Made by a program: the position numbers and the translations under genes
The notes under the pieces: model-generated
What the model saw: the letters and a program-made list of their open reading frames with translations, nothing else
Told to the model about the DNA's origin: nothing
Database searches by the model: none
In this document: positions 33,774-48,203 of the stretch, piece by piece
How positions within the stretch are numbered: the first letter of the stretch is position 1
Layout: each line of letters starts with the position of its first letter
Source: Neocallimastix sp. 'constans'
Lineage: Eukaryota
Assembly: GCA_050613775.1 (NCBI GenBank)
Contig: JBODTK010000016.1
Coordinates: 868,001-932,000, forward strand
DNA: 64,000 nt
Direction: 5' to 3'

Positions 33774-33845
33774 GCCCGTTTGGCTCAGTGGTAGAGCGTC
33801 GCTCTCGTAAAGCGAAGATCAGTGGTTCGATCCCGCTAATGGGCA
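33774..33845 (+). tRNA. tRNA-Thr(CGT)
   Basis: Acceptor stem GCCCGTT/AATGGGC; D stem GCTC/GAGC; anticodon stem TCGCT/AGCGA with loop CT-CGT-AA; T arm GGTTCGATCC; T5 run at 33861-33865. Confidence 0.97.
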
Positions 33846-33906
33846 TTAGAAATTAATGAATTTTTAAATATTTTTTAATAAATACAAATGTTGATGAAAT
33901 AAATAA

Positions 33907-33953
<47 letters not shown>

Positions 33954-34670
33954 ATAAGGAGATATAGTTTTCTGTGAATTAAACATTGATCTAAAATGTT
34001 TTATATCATAAAGATATTATTTGATATTTATTTAAGTCTTTTCTATTTACTGGGACAGTGGTTAGATTTTTTATTATTCAGATATAATTTCTTTTATGAA
34101 GAGGAAATTTTTCTTGATATTGATTGTTAAATCTGTTGTGTTTTTTCTGCTACTTTTGCTGTTTCTTTTGTTTTTCTATAATTAAATATATGATTGACTA
34201 AATTATATATAAAATTCTAATAAAACAAAATTTTTAAAACAATATATATTAATTTATATATATATATAAAATATTCAATTCTCTTTTATATGAATTAATA
34301 TATTTTTAATGTTTCAATAAAAAAATTAATTAAACATTACTATACCGCAGATCATAATTAAATCTATTCTATCAATATAAATAAAATAAATAATTGAAAA
34401 AAAAAAAAAAAAAAAAAAAAAAATACTTATTATATATTTATATTGTATTATAGTATACACTATAAAATCAATTAATATAATAGTTCTTTACTAATACACT
34501 ATCAAACTTTTATTATAAAATATATCTTTAATAATATTTAATTGCTTTTACTTTATAAAGAATGATTTAATGTTAAACAAAAAATATATATATATTATTG
34601 TTAAAAAAGCACATATAAAAAATTTTTGTATTAAAAAAGATAAAATATAAAAAATAAAATTGGAGAGGTA

Positions 34671-35354
34671 TGCATTTCTTAAAATGTGGCTTAAAATGTT
34701 TTTAAAAAATAAACATATAAATAAATAAAAAATATTAAATAAAAAAAAATATGTTAAAAATGTTTTATTATTACTCTTTTATATTATATCTATCACTTTT
34801 TAGTTTTATTTTATTATTAAAATTTTAATAAAATAAAAAAAAACTATATAAAATAATGATATTGATATTAATAATAAAAAAACTATATAATATTGATATT
34901 GATTTTAATAATAAAAATAACTATATATAATATTGATATTCTATATATATAATTATTTATTATTCAGAATAAATAATATATAATTTTTTAATTAAACAGT
35001 AATATTAAGATATGAAGTATATATTAAAATATTCTTTTTACTGATTAATATTTGAAATATTTTTATTTATTCTGAATAATAAATTAGAGTTAATTATTTA
35101 TTATTTATTATTTACTATTTATTATTTATTTATTTAAAAATATTACATAATAAAATATTTAAAGACTTATTTCAAAAATGATTTTTATTATTTATTTAAT
35201 TATTTATTTAATTAATTAATTAATTATTTATTTAATTATTTATTTAATTATTTATTTAATTATTTATTTAATTATTTATTTAATTATTTATTGGATAAAA
35301 AAATATATAATGTGGCAATTAATTAAAAATATTTTAAGCCACATTGGAAATGCA
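34671..35354. mobile_element. MITE/foldback element
   Basis: TIRs of about 33 bp (TGCATTTC..AATGTGGCTTAAAAT.TTTTTAA) and a concentric 21-bp internal inverted repeat (34956-34976 and 35063-35083). No clear TSD. Confidence 0.65.
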
Positions 35355-36011
35355 CTAATGCGAAATGATACACATTCATAAAATTGTGATATATTTATAT
35401 ATTTATATTAAATGAGAATTATAAATAAATAAAATATAAAATATAAAATATATATAAATAAAACTAATAAATAAATTAAAAAAAAAATAATAATAATAAA
35501 ATAAAATAAAATAAATAGTAGAATATTAAATATAAAGTACAGATTGAATAAAATAAAATAAAATAAAATACTTAATTCCTTTTTCAACATATTTAATTGA
35601 TTTTATACATTTTTAAAACGTTTATTATTTTTTATAAGTCTGTACATACTATTGAAATTAAGGTTTTTAAGATTTAAATTTTTAATATATTTTATTCTTA
35701 TTATGGTAATTACAAAGATTTAATAATACATGAATTTTTAACTTTATTTATACTAATTAATTAGTGGCGTATTTTTATCATGTGGCTTTATTTTTATCAA
35801 GCCACATTTGTAAATGTGGCGCTTGTTGTAAACATTGGTTGACTACTTTTATTTTTATTTATATTAAATTTATATTATTATTTATTTTTTATAATTTATT
35901 TTTTAATTATTCTATCACATACATTATTTATAGATGTTTTATCATCTTTTCTTTTGTTGTTATAATCTTTATCAAATATATATATTATTTTGTATTTTTA
36001 TATCATTTATT

Positions 36012-36075
<64 letters not shown>

Positions 36076-36327
36076 TTATTTTATTATTTTTTATTTTATG
36101 GATTTACTTATATTTCTATCCATTACTTTTTTAACAATTATATACCATTGAATGATTGATAAATATAAATATTATAAATATATCTTTTATTATATTTTTA
36201 TTTTATATTTCTATCCATTATTTTTTTTAATAGTTATATACTATTAAATTTGATTGATAAATATAAATATTAAAAGTATATCTTTTATTATATTTTTATT
36301 TTAAAGTATTAATATTTTATTTTTTTC

Positions 36328-38668
36328 TTATTCTATAGATCCAGTATATTTCATAGCCCATGTTTCATAATCATATTCATAGAGAGGACCATTATTTTTT
36401 TGTTCTTTAATTGTAGTCCATTCACCAGAGTAATTATGACCAGGTAATATTAATATATTTTCATCCAAATTTTTAAGTTTATTTAACGATTCAAACATCT
36501 TTCTTTTATCTGAATCTGGAAAATCACAACGACCAAATATACCATTAAATAATGTGTCTCCTGTGAATAGTCGTTTGTCATTTACTAATATACACATTGA
36601 ACCAGGAGAATGTCCAGGAGTATGAATAATTTTAAATTTAACATTTGTTGTATCTTTTCCTTCATTACTTGGCATATCAAATACTTCTCCATCTTTAACT
36701 AATGTTAATCTACTTTTTTCAATTTCTGGATTAGCATTAAATAAACCATCAAAATCTTCCTCATGAATATAAATCGGTATATCTGGTAATTTTTTAGATA
36801 ATTTTACTAAACCATCAACACGAACATAATATTTATCATATGGTGCTGGTGGTATACCTCCTATATTTTATTTGTTAATATTAAACAGATATCAATACAG
36901 ATATTAACAGAAATTATAAATTCTAATAATCTATATTATATTATTTAAATAATAATATTTATCTATATTATTTATCATATTACCAACATGATCAATATGA
37001 TAGTGTGTATAATAGGCTCCAACTACATTTAAATTCACTTTTTTTGAATACTCTAAAATACCATCTATATCCCAACACTAATTAAAAAAAATATTATAAT
37101 TAAATTATTATATTATAAAAAAAAAATAAAAAATAAATAAATAAATAAATTAAAAATATGTAAATCAATAATATTAGAATAATATTAGAATTTATATAAT
37201 GTTCTTTTTTTTTTTTTTTTCAAAAAAAAAATTAATATTTTAACTATGAAAAAAACATACAGCATCAACTAAAACACAATCTCTTGTTTTTGCATCACCA
37301 ATAATATATAATAAATTCTGCATTTCATAACTGAATTGAAAAATAATGTTTTGAATGGGAGTTTTTAATGATTTTAAACAAATTTCACGACCTGGGACCA
37401 TTTGATATATTTCTAAGCCTTAAATCATATTAATTTTTATTAATAATGATGAATATAATTTCCAATTTTTAAAATATTTAATATAATAATGAATATAATT
37501 CTTACCCATTTCTTTATTTTCTAATTCTTTATTTAAAAAAGTTATATATCTTCTTATACGCTCTTCATAACCAGGTTCCTATATTTTTTTTTAATATAAA
37601 ATATTTTTACATTTAAAAATAATAATTTATTTTATATTTTAATAAAAACATATAAACACATTTAATATTTATTAATATTCAACTATTAATTAAATATAAT
37701 AAAATATTTACTAATTTTAAAGATTTTAAAAAGAAATTCTTTGCTTCTTCAAATTGCCTTAGTTCACTCAGTGCTTCAGCTTTTCTAAAATAACCCTTTA
37801 ATTACAATAGTTTTATTTATCATATTCAGTAAATATGTTATATAAGGAATATTACTATTACAATAACATAATTTTAAAAATGAATTATTTATTTACTATT
37901 CTTCATATCATAACATAATATAAGGAATATTACTATTACAATAACATAATTTTAAAAATGAATTATTTATTTACTATTCTTCATATCATAACATAATATA
38001 AGGAATATTACTATTACAATAACATAATTTTAAAAATGAATTATTTATTTACTATTCTTCATATCATAACATAATTTAATTTTTATTAAATTTATTTTAT
38101 TACTTTAAACCAAGTTGGTCTCATAATAATAACTTGTTCAGCATCTTTTTTTGCATTTTCATAACGACCCAATTTTCTCATTGAAACTGAACGATTTGAT
38201 AATAAAGTTGAGTAAAGTTTAATTGTATCTTGAGTATCTAATGACGCATCAGTATCTTGCACAGGTGAAGTGTCCGACAAACCTGATGCATTTATTCTTT
38301 TAAATGTAAAAGTAGCCATAGCTTTTGTATATTCATTTGCTGCGTCTTGATATCTTCCATTATTATAAAATTCATTACCTCTCTCTTTAAATCTTTTCAC
38401 ATTTAACAGAGCTTGAGCTGTACAATTCAATATTAATTCTGCATCCTTTTCTTCAATTCCATATTTAAAAGGAAAACACTTTATCATTTCTTCATTGTTT
38501 TCTTCGTGTGGTGGAATAGATTTTGAAAAATAAGATTGAAATGTCTTTTATTATTATTAATATTAATATTCTTTTCATTTTTATCTTTATTTTATTTATT
38601 TTATTTTTTTTTTAAAAAATAAAAATTTTTGTTCTTAAAATATATATATAATTATTTACCTGAAACAT
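36328..38668 (-). CDS. TPR-domain plus metallo-beta-lactamase (glyoxalase II-like) protein, 7 exons, 463 aa
   Basis: GT-AG exons 38668-38660, 38544-38104, 37795-37712, 37578-37506, 37418-37261, 37077-36984, 36860-36328 join in frame (1392 nt). TPR motifs KERGNEFY, LLSNRS, KGYFRKAEAL; MBL motifs THYHIDH, HTPGHSPG, TGDTLF, PGH. Confidence 0.9.
37840..38074. repeat. 3 x 78-bp intronic tandem repeat
   Basis: TAAGGAATATTACTATTACAATAAC recurs at 78-bp spacing. Confidence 0.9.
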
Positions 38669-39259
38669 AGTATAATAAGTTTATAATTTAAATCTTAAAA
38701 ACTTTATTATTATCAAATTTCGTCTATTCTAATTTCAAATTAAGTAATATTAATAATAACAATTATTATTATTAATGGTAAATAATTAATAATATATAAA
38801 CGTATATTATTAGAAAATAAAATAAGAATAAATAAATAAAATAAAATTAACAATACAAATTATTTGAAATTCGAAAGATTTCATTAAAATTTAATACATT
38901 GAAATTTCAATTAATCAATTCCTTACTTTATTCTATTTTTATTTTTTTTATTTTTTATTTTTTATTTTTTTTTTAATTTTAATTTTATTTATTTCTATAA
39001 ATTTTTAAATAGTCTTATATTTAAATAATTTTTAAATCTTTAAAAAAATATTTTGGATAATTTAATAAATTTATTTTATGTAATATAAAAAATATTTAAT
39101 ATATTTTAATTTTAATTACATTTTTATAGTTATTTTTTAACCTGATTCAATATTTTATTAGTTCAATTTTTTATTTTTTATATGTATTTATATATTTATT
39201 ATCTTTCTATTTAATGTCTTTCAATAAAAGTTCTATTTTAAAATTATTAATTTTTTTTA

Positions 39260-39279
39260 TAAAAAGAATTTGTTATTTT

Positions 39280-39315
<36 letters not shown>

Positions 39316-39394
39316 AAAAGAATTTCCTATTTTAAATATGTTTTTTTTTTTTTTTTTTTTTTTTTTAATAAAAAGAATTTCCTATTTTAAATAT

Positions 39395-39434
<40 letters not shown>

Positions 39435-39461
39435 TAAAAAGAATTTCTTATTTTAAATATG

Positions 39462-39493
<32 letters not shown>

Positions 39494-39545
39494 TAAAAAG
39501 AATTTCTTATTTTAAATATGTTTTTTTTTGTAAATAAAAAGAATT
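39260..39545. repeat. Tandem repeat ATAAAAAGAATTTC..TTTTAAATATG plus variable poly-T
   Basis: About 5-6 copies visible. Confidence 0.8.
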
Positions 39546-39814
39546 TGTAATATATTTATGTAATAAATTAAGAATAAAAAACAAGGATAAATAAATATTT
39601 TGATTAATTAAAAATATTAAAAAATAAAATATATATTAAAAATATAATAAATAATTAAATCAGGAAATAAGGTGATAATTTACTATAAAATTTTATATGG
39701 AACAATAATTTTTTAAATATAATAATTAACAGAAAACACCATTATTTAAAATAAATAATGTAGGTTTATAATAAAAAGTAGTTCTAATATATATATATTT
39801 TATTTTTAATACCA

Positions 39815-40180
39815 TTATATTTTATATATTTCTATATTTCTATATTTCTATATTTCTATATTTTATATTTTATATTTTATATTTTATATTTTATATTTTA
39901 TATTTTATATTTTATATTTTATATTTTATATTTTATATTTTATATTTTATATTTTTATATTTTATACTTTATATTTTATATTTTATATTTTATATTTTAT
40001 ATTTTATATTTTATATTTTATATTTTATATTTTATATTTTATATTTTATATTTTTTTTATTTTTTTTTTTTTATATTTTTTTTTTTTTATATTTTATATT
40101 TTATATTTTATATATTTAATATTTAATATTTTATATTTTATATTTTATATTTTATATTTTATATTTTATATTTTATATTT
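39815..40180. repeat. (TATTTTA)n 7-bp satellite
   Basis: Direct inspection. Confidence 0.9.
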
Positions 40181-42038
40181 CGATATTTTAATTATATTAT
40201 TTATCAATATTATTTTCCCATAAGAATTTCAAAACTTCAGTAATTAAGTATCATATATGTCGTTAATGTTGAGGTAATAATATATGTTGCTTGAATAATT
40301 GTAATTATTTTAGTTAGTAATGGGATTTTTTAAAGTTATATAAAAACAGTATAATATAATAAATGTAATATTTTAATTTTATTAAATAAAAATTAAAAAT
40401 ATTATTAAATATTATTGTTTATCTAAAAATAATATTAAAAAAAATATAAGAATTAATATAAAATGAAAAAAAAAAAATAATAAATTAATTATAAATTAAT
40501 AAAATAAAATTACTAAAAATAGAAACTGTTAGTGTAAAATTAGTATTTCGGATAGCGGCTTTTTTTATTAAAAAGAAATCAAGAATAAGGATTAAGGATT
40601 ATAGGAAATAACAACCAATAGTAATAATCCTAATATATAAATAAATAAACAAGTTTAATAATATGTATAAATATAAATTAATACATAAATATTATAAAAT
40701 AAACATTAATATTATTTATATGAAAACCTAAAATTTATTATTTGTAGCATATAATATATAATGTAGTACAACTATTTAAAAGATTATTTTTTATTTATAT
40801 AAAATAAAAAATTTATTAACTATATTTATTATTCATAATTATGAGAATAAATAATAAATAATTAATTATAAATAATAAATAAATAAATAAATATAATAAA
40901 AAATATTTTTAAGATTATTTTTTATTAATATAAACAATTTATTAATTATAAATAATAAATAAATAAATAAATATAATAAAAAATATTTTTTAAGATTATT
41001 TTTTATTAATATAAAATAAACAATTTATTAATTATAAATAATAAATAAATAAATATAATAAAAAATATTTTTAAGATTATTTTTTATTAATATAAAATAA
41101 ACAATTTATTAACTATACTGTATATTTATATTTATTATTCATAATTATTAGAATATGTTACTATTAACTTTAATAAATAATAAATAATAAATAATTAATA
41201 ATAAATAATAAATAAATAAAAAAATATTATAATAAAAAATATTTTTATAGTTCATAATAGTGTATAAAATTTATTCAATTTTTAAATATTAAATATATTC
41301 ATAAAAAGAAATAATTTATAAATATTGAATTATTTTAATTTAAAAGGACATCATTACTGAATTATTGTAATCTTTGTATAAATATTGTTAACTATAGCTA
41401 TTACATTATCGAAGATCTTCAAATTAGAAAAGAATGAGTTGGACAAAGTGGTAAAAGGTTAAAATTATAAGTCTATCATTTTTATAGTTATTACGAACTA
41501 TTATAATAATTTTAACTTTAATTTCTTATTATTATTTTTTTTTTTCGGATTATAATTAATTGAAAGTGCAATTTTTTTTAATATTATAAAATATATTTAA
41601 ATATGATTAATGATTATTTTTGGGGGATTAATTATTGAATGATAATAAAATAATAAAATAAATTTATTTTTAAATTTATTTTTTTTTAAAAGGGAATTTA
41701 ATATTATTAATAAAAAAAAATTAATTGATTTGAAATTTTTTTTAATTATTATTGTTATTATTAATATTGTAATTTAGATTTTGATTTTTCTCCTTGATAA
41801 TTTTATGTAAATGTATAAAATTATATATATATGTATGTAAATATTTTAACAATTATTATTTATAATTTCATTGGTTTTTAATAACTAATTTTTAATGTTA
41901 AATATTTTTTTATTAGATAATGAAATTTATTTAGTTTTTTTTTATTGTTCAAAATTTTCGAAATGTAAATATTTTGATAGTGATAATTTAGTAAAATTCA
42001 TAGAATATTAAAACTACTACTACTACTACTACTACTAC

Positions 42039-42078
<40 letters not shown>

Positions 42079-42233
42079 CAGAGAATAAATACAATCAGAA
42101 TTAATAAATTATAGTAGTTTATATCATCGTATTTTATATTTTTATTTAATTTTAATGAAAATATATATATATATATATATATAATTATTGATACAAAAAT
42201 ACATATTTAATTTATTATTTTAGTATTAAATAA

Positions 42234-44278
42234 TTAAATAAATAATATTATAATAATAAAAAGTGATAAAAGTTTTGAAAAAAAAAGTGATATAGAAAAT
42301 TTTAGTGATACACTATTATTAATGCTTTCATTATCTTTTTCATTTTTATATGTTAAATCATCGATTTCTGATTTAAAAATCTCAGTATTAGTATTTGTTG
42401 GCAATATCATTGTTTCCGTTGGGACTATTATATAATAAATTTTATTTTGAAAATATTAAATTTTTGGGCAAAATAATTTATTATTAATAATAAAATATAA
42501 TATCATATAATAAATTTAAATATTTATAATAAATAATAAATATAATTTACTTTCATGTTCTATATCTGTAAGCGTATAATCTTCTTTATTATTCATATTT
42601 GTTGGTATTATTGCTATATTCGTTGGAACAAATATTTTAATTTTATTTTAAAATTATTAAATTTTATTAGTACAAATAATTTACAATTAATAATATAATA
42701 TAAATAATTATAAAAAGTAATAAATAAAAATTTTACTTTGATTTTCTGTAGGGGTATTTGTTGGAACTAATATATAATTAAATTTTATTAATATAAATAA
42801 TTTTTCAATATTATAATTATATTTAAATATTTATAGTAAATAATAAATAAAATTTACTTTGATTTTCTGTAGGAGTATTTGTTAGAACTAATATATAATT
42901 AAATTTTATTAGTATAAATAATTTTCAACATTATAATATAATTATATCTAAATATTTATAGTAAATAATAAATAAAATTTACTTTGATTTTCTGTAGGAG
43001 TATTTGTTAGAACTAATATATAATTAAATTTTATTAGTATAAATAATTTTCAATATTATAATAGAATATAATGAACTTAAATTTTTATTATTTATAATAA
43101 ATATTACCTTCATTTTCTGGAAAAGAATAATTTTGTATTAATTCAAGTTCTTGAAGTTCTTTTTCATTTGGAATATAATCAGTTGTTTCGATTGATGGAT
43201 AAGATATTAATTTTTGGTTTGAAAATTCAGAATACATTAAAATACGATTTGGATCTTCTGAATATTTTTGTCCTTCCGTATCAATATGTTCAGTTCCAAT
43301 TAAGAAAAAGTCAGTTTGTAAGTTTTCATTTGAACCAGATGGATAATATATACCATTTATTATAGGATCATCATAAGTTACATCTATAATATACCATTTA
43401 TTATCCATTTCGACAAAATTCCATTCATGAGATGAACTATAAGCAATAATGCAGTTAATATTATATTGGCGGGCAATATATTGGATAGCTTCTGCATAAC
43501 CTTCACATACACATTTATTTTCAACAAGTGCACCATAAATATTTCTTATATGTTCACGATTTTCATCTAAAGTATAAACAATATTTGTAATCAAGTAATC
43601 ATGAATATACCTTAATATAGCATAAGGTGTTGTTAATCCAATTTGCTTAATTTGATACATAATTTTATTTTTAACTATATCAATTTCTTTATTTAAATTT
43701 GAAATATCCTCACTAGTGTAATTATAGAATAAAGAGTCTCTTTCATGTAAATATATACAAATCTCATAATTAATAAAATCATAAGTATCATAACTAAAGG
43801 AAAAATAATCAATCCACCAAATATCAGGATTTTCTATTAAAAGTATAGTGAATATTTTTTCTAATTTAATTAAAAGTTCTTCTTCAAAATTTTCCAAACT
43901 TTTTGTTGAAGTTTCAATGTTAGTAGTTATTTCAAAATCAGGTTGTGACTTCATACAACTCTCATATATAATATCATATATAGGCTTTTCGGTGTCATCT
44001 AATTGATTGTAAAAATTAAATTTTGCTGATGAGAATACAGCACTGATGTTGACATCTTCATTATCATTATCTGTAATGTTATAACTTTTTAATTGTTCTT
44101 TTTCGGCATTTGGCCAATATTTTATTGGAATTAATTTAATTTTTTTATTTGTGAAGTTTATGTCATTTCTTTTTTCAAAATTATATTTATTTATGTATTT
44201 TGATAACGATGACCTCGCTAAAATATATAAAATTAAGAAGAACTGGATAAATGAAACTTTCAATGATTTTTGAAACAT
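42234..44278 (-). CDS. Secreted, membrane- or GPI-anchored transglutaminase-like (Cys-His-Asp) protein
   Basis: Signal-like N-terminus; IHDYL, VCEGYAEA, HEWN, IDVTYDD motifs. Exon 44278-43108, three 30-nt micro-exons (43012-42983, 42887-42858, 42766-42737), possible exon 42628-42551, last exon 42424-42234 with a hydrophobic tail. Confidence 0.82.
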
Positions 44279-44408
44279 TATTTATATTATTTTTATATTA
44301 TTATATAATATATATAATAACTTTTAATATTTAATAATATAAAAATTTATTAATTTAATATATTGATTTAATGTTTAAAAAATTAAGATATTCAAACAAA
44401 TAACACTT

Positions 44409-44453
<45 letters not shown>

Positions 44454-44764
44454 AAAAAATTAAATATTCATATAAATGCTTTCTATGTTATTAAAATTTA
44501 GTAAATGAATAAATAATTTATTGAAATAAAAATAAAAAACATGAACAAATGAATAATACAGTTTTATGAAATTATCTATAGATTCTAAAAATTAGAATTA
44601 TATATGTTAAAAAATCTTAAATCTTAATATGTTATTAAATAAAATATATATAATATAATTTTGAAAAAATTTTAAAATAGAGACAAAAATTTATATATTT
44701 TAATTAATAATTAATTATTATTATTATTATTAGTATTAGTATTAGTATTAGTATTAGTATTATT

Positions 44765-44820
<56 letters not shown>

Positions 44821-45862
44821 GTATATATATATATTTGCTTATAAAATGAATTTGAGATATTTTATTATTGTTTTCAACTTTTATACCTAAAATAAAGTCT
44901 ATTGGTCTTGATTTTGATATTTTGAATTTATCTTAAATTTTGCTAATTATGTATTTAATTTATTTAATTTCCTTTATTTCTCCCGTAATTAATTTTTTTT
45001 TTTAGATATGTTATAAAAAAAATGAAATATAATATTTATATATTATTTAGAATACTAAAAAATATTTTTCGATTTTTAAATTTATAATTGTTTAGAAATT
45101 AATCTTATTTTTCTTTAATTTTTTTTTACGATTATTTATTCTATTGCTTATATATTATATATCAAATTATACATTTCTGAATATTGAATTATTTTTATAT
45201 TACTATTTTTTTTTATTATTGTTTTAATGATATTATATTATATATATTAATATTTAAACATTCTCATAAAAAAATAAATAAAAATGAAAAACATTTTCAC
45301 AATTTATTTTTAAAATGAAAATATGATGAATAATATTATTTTTTGTACATAAAAAATAAAACTCTTTATTTGTGTTATTTCTGATAGAGGAATTCTAAAC
45401 AATTCATCTATCAAATATAATATTTTAATATATTTTATTTATTATTATTTTATTGATACATATTACATTTACATTATACATATCAATACTTAAATAAATT
45501 AAACATTATCAAAAAAAAAAATAATAAAATTATTACATTCATTTTTATTTCATTTTTAAATATTATTAAATTGTTTTTGGTCATAAGTAAAACTCTTTAT
45601 TTGAATTATATTTAATAGAAAAATCATTTTTGTTCAAGATAATAAAAATGAATTTTTTATTATTTTAATAAATATAAAAATTAATAAATATGATTATTTA
45701 AGATTATATATATTATTTTTTTTTTAAAAAAAAATAAAAATAATATATATATGAATAATTATGAACATATTTATGATATTTTAAAGTATTTAATTGATAA
45801 TTCTTTAAAATTAAAATTTAATAGTTTTTTTTCCATTAAATATTGATTTTCTCTCTTCTCCA

Positions 45863-46997
45863 TTAATTTTGTTTTGTATCTTTATTATTTCCTTTTCTAT
45901 TAAATATATTAATGATATAAACAATCATATGTATAATTAATAGAAGAATAAAATCTAATGTAAATCCATAAACAATAATATAAATAAATATCGGAGTAAG
46001 TAATTTATCATATAAATCAACACCATCATTAATGTCTGAAAAGTCAGTGGAAGTTGAAGAATCAATTTTTGAAGATACTACTACTTCATTATTTTTTAAA
46101 TCAGAATCATTTTTTTCATCTTTAAAATTTTTTAAAAATAAGTTATATAAAAGAATAATAAAATAAATAAAAAAAAAATTATTCATTAGATATGTACTAT
46201 TATTTTAGTATTATTTCTTTTAAATTCATAATATTTGACTATTATATATTTATTTATCAATTATTATCTTTTTTCAATTAAAACTTTATTATTTATATAT
46301 AATTATTTTATATTATTTATTGTTAATATTAATATATGTTTAAAAAAAAAAAGTTAATTTAAAAAAAAATATATATATAATAATAATTCTACCTATTTTG
46401 TTACTTTGAGTAGGTATATATTGTTGAGCAGGAGAAACAGCTGCAGTTGTTTGAACTGGCTGTTGTTGTATTTGTGCAGGAGCAACGACTTGTACAGTTT
46501 GAGTAGTAGGTTGTTGCATTTGCACAGGAGTAACAGGTTGTACGGTTTGAACAGGTTGTTGTAATTGTACGGGATTTACTGGGATTCCCACTGGCATCCC
46601 CATTGGCATCCCCATTGGCATAGTTTGTGGAAAGTATTGAATTGAATATTGCATAGAATAATATTGTTGTGAAGCTGACATGGATTGTATAGGTTGATAT
46701 ACTTGACCATTAGGATTATTAAATTGTGAAATAGGTTGTTGATTATTTGTTATGTTATTTGATGGAAGTGGTTGATTTTGATTTATTGGTGTTGGTTCAT
46801 TTCCAGTTATACTAACATTTTCAACTTTATTTAATGGTGACACTGCAGTTGGATTTTCAGATATACCTAATTGTAATTTACTGTTTTCTATATATAAATA
46901 TATATATTTGTAATTTTTAATTATTAAATTATTTGTTTTATTAAATTTATTTAATTTATATTAAACGTTTGCATTAATTTAATATACCTTCAGTCAT
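45863..46997 (-). CDS. Gln/Pro-rich protein with C-terminal hydrophobic segment, 3 exons, 253 aa, function unknown
   Basis: Exons 46997-46988, 46887-46393, 46119-45863 with GT-AG borders join in frame (762 nt). Confidence 0.75.
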
Positions 46998-47196
46998 TAT
47001 TATTATTTGGTAAATAAATTCTTTATTTTTTTTTTTTTTTTATTCTGTAAAAAATTTTATTTTTTATTAATATAATTATTAAATTTATAAAAAATACATA
47101 AATATGAACTTTTATAAAATAAAATTTAAAAAACAAAAAACATTAATATAAAAATAATTTAAAAAAAAAAAATTATTTTATCATTACAATGATATT

Positions 47197-47232
<36 letters not shown>

Positions 47233-48203
47233 ATTAATAAAATTTGATTAATATATATATATTTTTTTTTTTCATAATTCACCAATTTTAAATACAATAA
47301 TTTCAAATCTAAATAGTTATTAACTTTAATTATTAATTATATTTATTAAATATTAAACATTAAGAAATTAAGAAAACTACAAAATTTATATTAAAAAACT
47401 TCTTAATTAAACTTTTATAACTAATCTTTATAATTAAAAAATAAAATCTAACTTTATTTTTTACATGATATACAATTCATATTTATTTGGATTTTATTAT
47501 TATTCATTTATTGTAATATATTTATAAAATACATATACATATATTGAATTAAATTAATCAATATTTCATTTAGCTTATTAATGAAAAAATTAAATGAAAA
47601 TTATAAATAGTAATTAGCAATTAATTGTTGATTTTATTTATTTTATATATTAATTATTTTAATAGTTTGAAATTTGAAAATTCGAATTGATAAATAGATA
47701 ATTCAAATTTTTATTTATAATTATAAAATAAAGGATTTTTTTTATTATATGATTTCAAGTTTTTGTTTGATAATAAATAATAAAATAATAAAATATTAAT
47801 GATATTAATTTGAAATTATAATAATTTTAATTTACAATTAAATATATAATGAAGCTTTAAATTTATTACTTTTTAATATCTAGGTTTATGATTTTACTAT
47901 AGTTATATATTTATTTAATATCATGGCTTATGATATTGAATATATAACTTTAGTTATATTTTTATTAAGGCATAATTAAAAATATTAGGTATTATAATTT
48001 AAATGTTTACCAAAAATTTTATTGTATAGGTAATATTTATTTATATTAAAAATATAGATTCGAATTTGTATTTTATATATATATATATATATAAAAAAAA
48101 AAGCAGAAAAAATAATACATAAATAACTTAATAGTATAAATTAATATTAATTATTATTATTAAAGCATTGGTTAAGACAATGAATATCATTAATATTCAA
48201 GGT

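Noticed and set aside
40200..40640. Possible remnant exons on the minus strand
   Set aside because: In-frame stops and no coherent gene model.
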